NCBI GenBank assembly: GCA_963693365.1
Contig: CAVNZM010000014.1
Span: forward strand, 6,758,001-6,822,000
Direction: 5' to 3'
Length of the DNA: 64,000 bases
DNA from: Amoebidium appalachense
Taxonomy: Eukaryota > Protista > Ichthyosporea
Part shown: positions 43,882 through 54,604 of the stretch, in pieces
Position numbering within the stretch: the stretch's first letter is position 1
Layout: each line of letters starts with the position of its first letter
The notes under the pieces: generated by a model
Databases searched by the model: none
What the model was told of the DNA's origin: nothing
Seen by the model: the letters and a program-made list of their open reading frames with translations, nothing else
Made by a program: the position numbers and the translations under genes

Positions 43882-43900
43882 CCAATCGTATTCCTCCACG
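43882..43900 (+). promoter_or_regulatory. ER stress response element (ERSE-I) consensus upstream of the PDI gene
   Basis: CCAAT-cgtattcct-CCACG is an exact CCAAT-N9-CCACG match ~365 bp upstream of the PDI ATG. Confidence 0.6.
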
Positions 43901-44262
43901 TAAGCAGAGGGGTGGCCGCTGTAACCGAGCATTCCATTTGATCATCTAGAAAGCTGGAATATGTTTTCTAACATCTAATGGGTATATTGGTTCAAAAACA
44001 AGCAAAATAGATATAAATGAATTAAAAAAAATTGAAAAAAGCTGCGTTTATATCACAATTTCAACAGACTTTAGCAGCTGTCTTTACCTACAAGAGCTTG
44101 GCAACCAACATTCCATCACTCAGACCCGCATGATTTGAATTCAATAACCATTCGTTAGACCAAAGCAAAAAATTCTTTGTTTTCCACAAAATGCCTGCGA
44201 ACACCATTCTCAGCTCAGTTGTGTGGTTTCTAGCTTAGGGGCAACAGCAACCCGTTTTGAAG

Positions 44263-45861
44263 ATGAAGTTTATTTATACTTTGTTGAGCGTTGCCGCTCT
44301 TGGCTTCGCCACAGTTTACGCCGAGGAAGGCGGTGCTGTTACTATCCTTGATAAGGATAACTTCGATTCGGTAAGTGGGTTTGTTCTTTCGGTGTTATGT
44401 TCGCAAGGTGTGGAATCTGAAAGATCATGGAGTTTTTCCCTCTCGAATGTGGCAACATGGCCTGTCTGGGTGCTCAAGCTATGGCCCTTCTCCTGACTTT
44501 GCTCTCTGTGGATTTGCTTGTGGTTTTGTTTAGCAATTTGACTTCCCCTCCCTTTCCCTCTTGCCCAAACCATCTCAGCCGGTACGGTCGTCTTTACATC
44601 TCTAGACTGTTTCTTCTTCCTCTCCCCCGCCCCTCCTCTCCCCTTTCCCTCTCCTCCCCCCCCCCCCCCCCCCCCCCCCCAAACCCCTTCCTCATTGCCA
44701 CCTATATCTCACAAAAACTAACGTTGTCCCACTTGTGTCTTCTTTTCTTCCTTCTGTTTTTCCACGTTGATCTACTCTGCCCGTTTAGTTGACCAGCAGA
44801 CCCGTCGATTATCACAGAACAAAGTGACCCCGTGCAGGCTTGCTTGATATCCTCCTTACCTTCCCCTTTTCTCTCTCCTCCAGGTTGTCAACGGCGACAA
44901 GAACATGGTCGTTGCTTTCGTCGCCCCCTGGTGCGGTCACTGCAAGAGCCTGAAGCCCCAGTACGAACTTGCGGCCCAGGCACTTGCCAAGTTTAAGGAT
45001 GAGGTCGAGCTTGCTCAGGTGGACGCTGATGCAAACCGCGACATTGGGCAGAGGTTTGGGGTCACTGGGTTCCCCTCCCTCAAGTATTTCAAGAAGGGCT
45101 CGACGGAGGCCCAGGCGTATGTTCCCCTTCTACCTTTTTTGCTTTGTGCTGCACCTATTGAGTCTTCCCTGTCTTTGTAGACGTTGTGTTACCCCACCTT
45201 TATAACTTCGTGTATGGCATTTTGAGCCTTCTTTAACAACACTCTCCTGCCTTTGGGCAGACACTTTGGCGGAAAAGTGGCCGGGGTGTGTGTGTGGGGG
45301 GGGGGGGGGGGATGGAGAGCACGGTGTACAGCCTGGAAGGATTCGGCCTAGGGAGAGGAATGAGCTTATGCAATATGCCGTGAGTGTGTTGGTGCTTGTG
45401 AGTGGTGATGAGAGGGATGAGGGGGGGAAGCAGTTGTGAGTGGTGAGTGAGCGGCCGGGGGAAAGAGGTCGGGAAGGGGAGTGACGGCAAGTATGCTGTT
45501 TTGAGGTGTGCTGGTCTAATCGAGTTTGCCCTACAGCTACGATGGTCCCCGTGATGCCGATGGTATTGTTGAGTGGGTCAACAACAAGTTCGGTAAGTCA
45601 CACGTGTGTTCTAACAGCCATTGTCACACCATCCCACCTTTCACACCACCACACCTTCACCATCCTTAAAATACCTGTATGCTGCTTTCCCCTCTCTCTG
45701 TACTGTGGTTTGGTTTCAAGTGTTTGTGATTGCTATTGTTGTGGAGGTCCCCCTTCCCCGGGCTCTGCTTTTTATGCAAACTCTTGTGGTTTGCACTCTG
45801 CAGTAAACTGTGTGTTTTTTATGTGCACTTCGTACCCCATAACACCTTATGACCCTTTCTT

Positions 45862-45895
<34 letters not shown>

Positions 45896-47407
45896 GTGAC
45901 CTACCCATGTTCAAGTGAAACAGTATCTGAGTTGGGTTTCGTTAACGAGGCGAATAGGTCGAAACTCGGGTACTGTGGATGACGTGGGCCCCCCCGAAGG
46001 ATGGGCTCTGCTTATTATACATACTCTTTATGTATGGCTTGCATTCTGCATCGTGTTATCCGTTTGTTCTTGTGTACTTCGTACTTTTTGACGCCTTCAA
46101 ACCCCCCCCCCCCCCCCCCACATACGCACATACACAACCGCTTTGTACCTTCTCTGTATGTTTGTTATTGCCTGTTGTTCTATGAAATGCCCCAAGCTCT
46201 GCTATATGCGTGTTCTTTTCTTATTTGGCTGTGTACCCCTCTCTTCTCCTGCTTCCCTCTGTTTCCTCCGCATATCCCAGTCTACACTCCTTCATCGCTA
46301 AGGTACACGTGTTATTCCCCCCCCCCCCCCCCCCCCCCCCCCCTTCTTGGGCGCCGGGCGCCTTTTTCCAATTCCCCTTGCAAACACACACACGTACTTG
46401 AAGAGACATTCTGTTCGCCTTCTCATCTCTTAACCCCTCATCCCTAACCCCAGCTTCTCCATCGCACCTCTCGTGTGTATTTGCATTGGCTTGTCCGTCA
46501 TCAGTTTTTTCTTCTTGTCCCCCCTCCCCCCTCCCCCCCCCCCCCCCCCCCCCCCCTCCCCCCCCCCTCTTCCTATCAACCCCCGACACTCACAAGACAT
46601 CACACACACTACCACCGTTATAGACCCACCCCACAATTCCCAAACACACCAACTAACCACACACAACCACTCTGCACAGGCACACGCGCCCGCATCAGCA
46701 AGCCGCCCACCGCCGTCACCGTTCTTTCCGAATCCAACTTTGGCGAGATTGTGTTGGACAATAACAAGAATGTGCTCGTTGAGTTCTATGCTCCGTGGTG
46801 TGGTCACTGCAAGGCCCTTGCCCCCACGTGGGAGAAGGTTGCGCAGAACTTCAAGCTGGAGCCCAACTGTGTCGTTGCCAACCTGGATGCCACCCAGCAC
46901 AGCGATGTTGCCCAGAAGTATGCCCTTCCCCTTTCCCCCTCTTCGGAAGATGAGCTCTGCTTATGATGCATACTCTTTGGGTCACCGGGTTTGCATCTGC
47001 ATTATGTAGCCTGTCCTGAAAGTGTACTTGATACTCCTGTAACACATTCTACCCTCTTCCCGAAAAGGCTCTGATTATGATGGATGCTCTTCATGAATGT
47101 GTATTCGTGTTCTGTAATACTATCTAACTCCCCCCCCCCCACCCACCCACAACCACAACCACAACCACCACCATGCCATCTTCTAAGCATACCACACAAA
47201 CCCCCAAACCTTAATGCACCAACCTAACACCCCTCTTTCCCCCGTGCAGGTTCGAGGTTCAGGGCTACCCCACGATCAAATTCTTCTCTGCCGGTGACAA
47301 GACGCCCACGGATTACAACGGTGGCCGTGATGAGGCCGACCTGATGAAGTTCCTGAACGAGAAGTGCGGCACACACAGGAAGAGCGGCGGCCTGCTCACT
47401 GACGAGG

Positions 47408-47444
<37 letters not shown>

Positions 47445-47555
47445 GGGAAAGGGGGGGGGGGGGGGGGGAGGAGAGAGGAGGGGGGTTGTACACATTTTCT
47501 CTCTCTCTCTGTGTGTGTGTGTGTGTGTGTCACGGTTGACCACTCTGCTCCCTTT

Positions 47556-47621
<66 letters not shown>

Positions 47622-48297
47622 ACGCACACACACAACACACACATGCCTTTTCTCTTCCCCCTTTCTCTCATACTCGCCTAGTTCATCCCTGCCTATACAC
47701 GCATGGTCATTTGAAATGTTTTCTTTTTTTGGGGGGGGGGGGGGGGGGGTAGGAGCCCATAGTAGACGAACATAAGAAGGAGGAACACGCGGAGTTTATG
47801 ATATTTACACCAACCCCCCCCCTCCCCCCTGCCCCTTCCTCACAGACACACCACCCAAAACCTTCACCCCCTTTCCGTGGATGTCTTTGCCTTGATTATC
47901 CTTTGTGTGTTCCTATTGCAGACCTGCATTATACTGAACATTGTCATTTCTTTTTTCCACCTGCCGTTCGCAACACAACCCATTTTAACCTTATTTTTTG
48001 CAGGCTGGCCGTGTTGCATCCCTTGATAAGATTGCCAAGGCCGTTGCCGAGGGTGGTGATGCCAAGGAGGCAGCAGAGAAGCTTGAGACGGAGGGCAAGG
48101 ACCACGCCACTGGGTCGATTTACGCAAAAACCGCAAAGAAAATTGCCGAAAAAGGCATCGATTTCGTTGAGAAGGAGATTGGCCGCCTTAGCGCGATGGT
48201 TTCCAAGGGCCAGATTAAGCTCGAGAAGAGAGACGATTTCCAGTACCGCCTTAACATTTTGAAGGCGTTCCGTAAGGGAGGCAAGGATGAGTTGTAA
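44263..48297 (+). CDS. Protein disulfide isomerase, a-a'-D type (ERp38/TigA/PDI-D-like), 361 aa. Exons 44263-44370, 44884-45116, 45537-45592, 46680-46917, 47250-47406, 48004-48297
   Basis: Signal peptide MKFIYTLLSVAALGFATVYA, two APWCGHCK active sites, G(F/Y)P(S/T) cis-Pro loops, ERp29-like helical D domain (IY.K...KI.EKG.DFV.KE..RL...RLNILKAF) and a KDEL* end. Confidence 0.95.
45742..46118 (+). mobile_element. Two tandem copies of the poly-C-associated repeat (diverged 45742-45893; long 45894-46118)
   Basis: The long copy is near-identical to 15240-15471 and is bounded by poly-C on both sides. Confidence 0.78.
46940..47055 (+). mobile_element. Poly-C-associated repeat, diverged copy
   Basis: gaagatgagctctgcttatgatgcatactcttt...gtgtacttgatac...aacacattc. 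Confidence 0.55.
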
Positions 48298-49094
48298 GCT
48301 TTTATTAGAGCCACTTGAAGGGTGTTTTGGTGATGATGTGATGTAAATAAATATGCTGCGTGGGGTATTCCTCATGATTGAGGTCCCATGCACACAGAAA
48401 GTTAAAACCTATTCACTGTTTGACAACGGGCTACCTACCCCCCCCCCCCCCCCCCCCCCCCCCCCCTTCCGTGCCCAGCTCCCTAAAAAAAAAAAAAAAA
48501 AAAAAAAAAAACACCCATCCCATACCATAAATATCAAAGATGTGCTTGTGTTTTTTACGCCAAGGAATAGCAACGGGCAACCTCTCCCTCAACCATCCCT
48601 TTCTGAGTGTTTGTAAGTTTGTGTGTGCACATGAACTGTGCAACTTCTGAGGCAAAAGGGAGGAGGGGGGGGGGGGGGGGGGGGCACACATCTTTTCTTA
48701 AAACTTTTCATGGGGTAGTAGTGTGTTCACACCCCATTTTCAACACACACACAGGCCTCTCTTTTAGCCTATGCTAGCCGTATAGCCTTAGTGTGGTGGC
48801 TGGATCGGCTCCTGGGGGAGGTGGAGAGAGAAAGAGGGTGGGGGGGGGGGGGGGCTTAACGGACTCAGGGCCCGGGAGGCACGTCCAATTTGGACGTGCC
48901 ACTGTATTAAACCTAAGGAATTTGGGTGGAGGTTCTGGATAAATTGCATGCGCCAGGCGCATTCTATATGGGAAAAATCACGGCCTTATTTGACATTGGT
49001 GCCGTGTGTGTGTATGTTTGAAAGTTTGGGTTTTCTAGCAATCGCCTGTCACCTTTTTCAGTATAGGCTTGTGTCCATGGGTGCTGTTTTTACA

Positions 49095-49930
49095 GAACAA
49101 TTTTCATGACATTTCGGAAACACCAGTCATCAACTTGAGTAAGCATGTTATTCATGATAGAAGGATCGTGAGTGACTAAGACAATATCATCAGCGAAAAA
49201 AAGGCCGGAGACACAAGAGTCGCCGGCAACTGGAAATTGTTGAATTTCTACCGTTAAGTCGTCAATAAAGACATCAAAGAGAAGGGGACTCATTTCCCGA
49301 AATTTCATGAAAATTAGATAAATGCGGCACCTTTTCTTCCAATGCACTGTACACTCTGAACAATCAACCTATCCCAATCGTGTCCTCCTATGACTATATA
49401 GGTATTGCTTTCACCTCTATGGGTATCTGGTTTGAGCGCCTTTTGACTTCGCGCATTTCTCGTGCGCGTGGTCGCTTACATATCTATCAAGGAATGTTCG
49501 CAAATATCTCTAATATTCATCCTGCCAATTTGCTCACTCTTTATAAAGTTTTTCTTTGTCCATGTTTCGAATAGTTACTCTTGTGTGCCCCTCCACGGCA
49601 ACAGCGCGCGGCTCTTTGGGAATTCGATTCCTTTCAGCGTGAATTCATCCAGTTTATTTCTCGAACCTCGCCTAGGCATCCTTTGGCGGCTCCCTTGCTG
49701 AGTGTTTTTGGTCTCCCTCCGGCGCGCCAGCGTATGAATGAATCAGGACTTCGCTTTTGTTTTCATTTGGTTAGGCTTCCTTCTTAATGTCATCCTTTGT
49801 TGCAATTATTTCCTTCTTTAGCACCTGTTCTCGGCATTTCTAATGTTCGTGCGAAATGTCCTATCCCCAATCTCTCTCCCATTCCGAGATATCCTTTCAA
49901 ATACTTATCTCCTTTAATTTTCTCTTCTAC
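49095..49930. mobile_element. Degenerate LINE reverse-transcriptase fragment with inverted 5' segment
   Basis: The minus strand ~49293-49095 encodes SPLLFDVFIDDL...LFFADDIVLV...WCFRNVMKI. The plus strand from ~49330 continues with TLNNQPIPIVSSYDYIGIAF...LLTLYKVFLCPCFE, with stops. Confidence 0.8.
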
Positions 49931-51778
49931 TAGTTATCCAACTAGTCATATGCAGCGATGATGACCAGGCCACACTCCGCAAGAAGACATCATTACTGCT
50001 GCCCCCCAACAGGCCCCCCTCAAAACCTACCGGGGCACAGCAAGCAAGTCAGCCCTTTAAAGAGCAATGCAGACCAAATCCGAGCGAGAAAACAATACCC
50101 ACGTGCCCGTCCCCTAGAAAACCCGCAGAAGCTTAGCTGTCTCTAACTCTTTGATAAGGTGGCCTAGTTGTGGCAGGACACACAGGAAAACACAACTACA
50201 GAATGCATGCAAGCAACTTGAAACCCAGTCATTGCCATACTGCTGAAGGCTGAAAACACGACAGCCACAAGGAAAGCTCCTCGACGACCCAGTAGCTACC
50301 CCTCCACTCACGCAGCGCAGAAGCAGTTGAAGAAGTTTGCAGCAGCCCACCGCCAATAGCTCGCGTAGAAGCGTAGATAGCGTGTAGAAGTCACCGGAAG
50401 TTGCAGTGGGCCACCAGATATTGAAGAAACCACTCCTCAAGAGAGAAACTCCGCGGAAGGGAGATGTCCCCACACTCTCACAGCAGTAGGAATAGGCAAG
50501 GCCGCACTACACACACACAGTGTCACGTTCCCCTGAGTGGGATATGATTATTTAAGTCGTTATCTCCTCCGTATCCGAGAGTGAGGGCTTGTGTATTTTC
50601 TTCTCCGAGATATCGGTGATATCTCGATGGCTTCTATTTTGCTGAGCATACCAATAAAGTCGTTATAAAAAAAACAAAAAACAAACAAAAAAAACACTTC
50701 ATATCGCTGAATCTCCTGAGGGGTGTTGGGGGATCCACGGCTCAACCGTCGGGTGCTCGCGGCATGTGCGCATGAAGCTGGTGATGGCGTCTTGGATCAC
50801 CCGGTAGCTCCTTTAGTGCAAAGAAATGCATTATTTCTAGAAAGATGTATGCATTTATCAAAGTTTAGCTTTATTTCTTTTATCCAACCATTATTGTACA
50901 AATTCAAGCCTGGTCACTCTACCTAATGTGATCTGATATTACAAAGTGTTCGACGCCGGAGCCCGTGATCACGCGCGCCCCATCCGATACTTACTCAACT
51001 TTGATACCGGTTGTAATATCCAAATACCCGAATTCATATACACCGGTGGCTGGAATTACAGACTTCACTTTCACTTCGATCTCTTAGCTGTCACGTCAAC
51101 TTTTTTTCCCCGATTCTTCACCATGGCAGGTTATAAAGGCTTTCGTTTCTTCTTTTTGTGGTGGGAGGGTGTTCCACTCTGGGGAACGTGACTGCAGCGT
51201 GTGTGTGGTGTGGCCTGGTGTATTCCTACTGCTGTGAGAGTGTGGGGGCATCTCCCTTTCACGGAGTTTCTCCCTTGAGAAGTGGTTTCTTCAACGTCTG
51301 GTGGTCCACTGCAACCTATGGTAACTTCTACACGCTGTCTACGCTTCTAAGCGACCTATTGGCTGTGGGCTGCTGCAACTTCTTCAGCTACTTCTGCGCT
51401 GCGTGAGTGGAGGGGCGGCTACCTGGTCGTCCCGGGGAGCTTTCCAAATGACTGCCAGTCCTTAGCCTCCAGTCGTATGGCAATGACCGGGTTTGCTTGC
51501 CTACATTCTGTAATTGTGTTTTTCTGTGTGTCCTGCCACAACTAGGCCACCTTATCAGAGAGCTAGATGCAGTTTCTCCGGGATATCTAGGGGCCGAGCC
51601 CGTTGGGATTGTTTTTTAGCTCAGATTTGGTCTGCATTGCTCTTTGAGAGGCTGACTTGCTTGCTGTGCCTCGATAGGTTTTGAGGGGGGCCTGTTGGGA
51701 AGGAGCAGTAATGATGTCTTCTTGCGGAGTGTGGTCTGGTCAACATCGATGCATATGACTAGTTGGAGCAAACTAGTT
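49930..51778. repeat. ~600-bp diverged inverted repeat arms (49930-50545 / 51172-51778) around a ~630-bp spacer
   Basis: tccaactagtcatatgca...gaccaggccacactccgcaagaagacatcattactgct... on the left is mirrored by ...agcagtaatgatgtcttcttgcggagtgtggtctggtc...tgcatatgactagttgga on the right. Inner ends are gtcacgttcccc.gagtgg and ccactc.ggggaacgtgac. Confidence 0.88.
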
Positions 51779-52353
51779 TCACGCATACACGTACACTTAA
51801 GGTTTTGCCCGCTCAGCCTGGTGTCCTTTGTCACTTGTCGCTTTATTTTCATTTTGTAGCTTTGGCTTTTTCAGTTCTATTGGTGGGTTTGTAGCCTGTG
51901 GCTGCACGTTGCCTTCATCAACGGATCAATAAACCCGTCGAGTCAAATGAAAAAATTACAGAACTTTCCGTATATCGCGGGGATTCTATTTCTAGGAACC
52001 CGAGGTATGGAGAGCCACTCATCTTGAAACCGGCGATCGATGTCACATAATGCGATTTATTTCAAAGAAGTCATCGCAGGGGGCACATGCGAGGGCAACA
52101 ATATGTCTCTAAATATAGTTTAGTGACGTTAACAAAGAAAATATTGACATTTCTTTTTCCAATATTACACTTCAACCGGCACCCTGTAGTGATGATCTGC
52201 CTAGTATAGGGAGAAATTCCAAATCGGACTTCCCCGGCCGCGGAGGGCACGATAGATCATGTGCTTCAAGTTATAGCGGCAGGGAGTGTTGTTAACTCTG
52301 GAAACCGATTCATGGAGGTTGGAATGGGCTCTAGCAGGCCCGCAACACAGTAT

Positions 52354-52458
<105 letters not shown>

Positions 52459-53278
52459 GGTGTACGGGTATTCGCCCGCACATGCGGGATTCAATGTTTA
52501 ATTTTTTTTTTATTTTATTTTATCACGTTTTGTTCCCGGAGGCCTTTTCAGGCCCTCTAGGGAAACTACCGTCTACCACACAGCACCGACAGTACACTAG
52601 TTAAGGTGCTATCTATGAGTTCAGCTAAGCTAAACCATCCTTCACAACCTAACTATAAGTACACACTTTGCCCAGGGCTACTACCCCAGCCACGCCGGCA
52701 GGAGGCTCCAGTCCTCCCCTCCATTCAAAAACCTAGCAATAAACGTTAACCGAGGGCTCTCATTGGTCGATCTACAGTATTGGGAAGTCCTAGGTGTTGT
52801 GTATAATATTTACGGTGGGTATGGGTGGATGATGGGGTGTGGTGGTGGTGGTGGTGGGGGGTTGCTGCCTAACATTATGTGTTGGTGTACGTATGTTGTG
52901 GCGATGTTTTTGTGGACTAAAAGGTGGGTTTTACAGGGCACACCGGGTCTGTGGGTGTTCCGGCATTCAGAACAGGCCGGCCGGGTGTGTGTGGGGGGTG
53001 TATTTGTTGGTTTTTTGGGTTTTTGGAGAGCCATACTTTTCTTTCTACGGGTGGTGGGTATATGGTGGTGTTTTTGCATTTTAGGGTGGGTGGGGGGGAG
53101 TGTTGTGTTCCGTGGGTGCCAAATTTTTGCAAAGAAAAAGGATTGCAACTCTACTGTGATTTTTCCTAAGATGGCCCGGGTGGTGGTCTTGGTGGTGCCG
53201 GTGGCTGCAAGTAGTGGGCCCGCCGATCGTGGGCAGAATCCCCGTTCGACCCACTTGGTGTCTTCGGGGTCAGGTGGG

Positions 53279-54604
53279 TCACCGTTGCCTCCTATCCAGT
53301 TTATCCATGCACATTGGTCTACCACCGTGGCTGCCGTATGGTGGTGCTGTGCCGTGGGGGGTGTTTGGATGACGAGTGTGCAGGACGTTGTGGATGCAGG
53401 CTGTGATGGCGGTGGTCAGGGTGGGGACTTCCCCGGCATGGGCCGGGCAGGCCCAGAGGTGGGTGGTGGTCTCAGGGTGCTGGCTGCACCGGGGGCATGT
53501 GGGCTGTGTAACGACGGTGGGGTGATCTCGGTGTAGCCGTGCCATGGTAGGCAGGGTGCCCATGGCCAGGGACAGGCTACGAGTGTTTCCTCTGGCTGCC
53601 CCGATGGTTGCCTGTGTGGGCCCCTTGTTGAGCTTGAGGGGGTTCCGTTCGGCTGGGAGCAGTCTGGGGTCGGCTAGTATGGACATAGCCTTGGTCTTGC
53701 CGGCCATGTCGGTGAGGAAGTCCTTGTTCAACCGGTTCAGTGTACCGGGAATGTTGCCGGGGATACGGTGGCCTTGTAGTCGTAGGAAGTATTTCCCCCC
53801 CCCCCGGGGCCGGAGGTAGGGGGGGGGGAGGGGGAGGACTCTTCCTGCATTGGCTGCCTTGTCTGCCTCGTTATTCCGTTGACCGTACCGTTTGGTGTTG
53901 GATTGGTGCCCCTTCACCCACGATACCTGTACAGAGCCTGGTTGCCGGAGAGAGAGTTGGTCTCGTACGTGAGCCCATTCCACTATGTGGGGGAACTTTA
54001 GCTTGCGTCGAGGGGGTGTGGTGGGGTCTAAATTTGCCGTCCATCGGTCGACTACTCCGAGGTTATCGAGCTTGATGTGGATGGGGGTGGTGGTGGGGGT
54101 GAGCAGGAGGGCTAGTAGTACCCCTGTGAGTTCGGCTTGGGTGGATGATAGGGCCGTATGGAGCCTGGTCTTGGCCGTCACTGGAGGTGCTTTCCGGTCC
54201 GGGGTATCCAGTGCCGCCCCGGCTCCGGCCTGGGCTATCCTCCTGCCCGGGTGGATGAGGCTGCCGTCCGTATAAACGGTGATCGGTTGGTCTGGGGGGA
54301 TCAGGGTGATTTGCTGCTGCCACTCGTCATAGGTGGCCTGGGGCACCAAGTCGGTGTAGGTGAGCCTACGGGGAGTGGGTGGGCTCGGCAGGTCAGCCGG
54401 GTGGGCCGTGCACTTGTGTCCTGGTGGTGACCCTACCGGTGGTGGCTGCTGGGGGGGGGGGTGGGCCGGGGAGGTCCCCCGGTAAGGGTGTGGCTTCCTC
54501 GTTGGCTTGCAGGTGGAGCATCTGGGGTGATGCCTGTTGGTGGGGGGGAAGATGCCGCCGGAAATGGTGTATCTTCCTCCACTGCTCGGCCGGATCGGAG
54601 CCAT
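53279..54604 (-). CDS. ORF2 part 3: RNase H plus CCHC zinc knuckle
   Basis: VYTDGS, STQAELTG, KLDN, WVKGH, NNEADKAA (D-E-D-H-D intact) and CPRCSQHPETTTHLWAC. It continues in another frame as ...KWVERGFCP...FFAKIWHPRN (52810-53325). Confidence 0.9.
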   Translation of the reverse strand: MAPIRPSSGGRYTISGGIFPPTNRHHPRCSTCKPTRKPHPYRGTSPAHPPPQQPPPVGSPPGHKCTAHPADLPSPPTPRRLTYTDLVPQATYDEWQQQITLIPPDQPITVYTDGSLIHPGRRIAQAGAGAALDTPDRKAPPVTAKTRLHTALSSTQAELTGVLLALLLTPTTTPIHIKLDNLGVVDRWTANLDPTTPPRRKLKFPHIVEWAHVRDQLSLRQPGSVQVSWVKGHQSNTKRYGQRNNEADKAANAGRVLPLPPPYLRPRGGGKYFLRLQGHRIPGNIPGTLNRLNKDFLTDMAGKTKAMSILADPRLLPAERNPLKLNKGPTQATIGAARGNTRSLSLAMGTLPTMARLHRDHPTVVTQPTCPRCSQHPETTTHLWACPAHAGEVPTLTTAITACIHNVLHTRHPNTPHGTAPPYGSHGGRPMCMDKLDRRQR

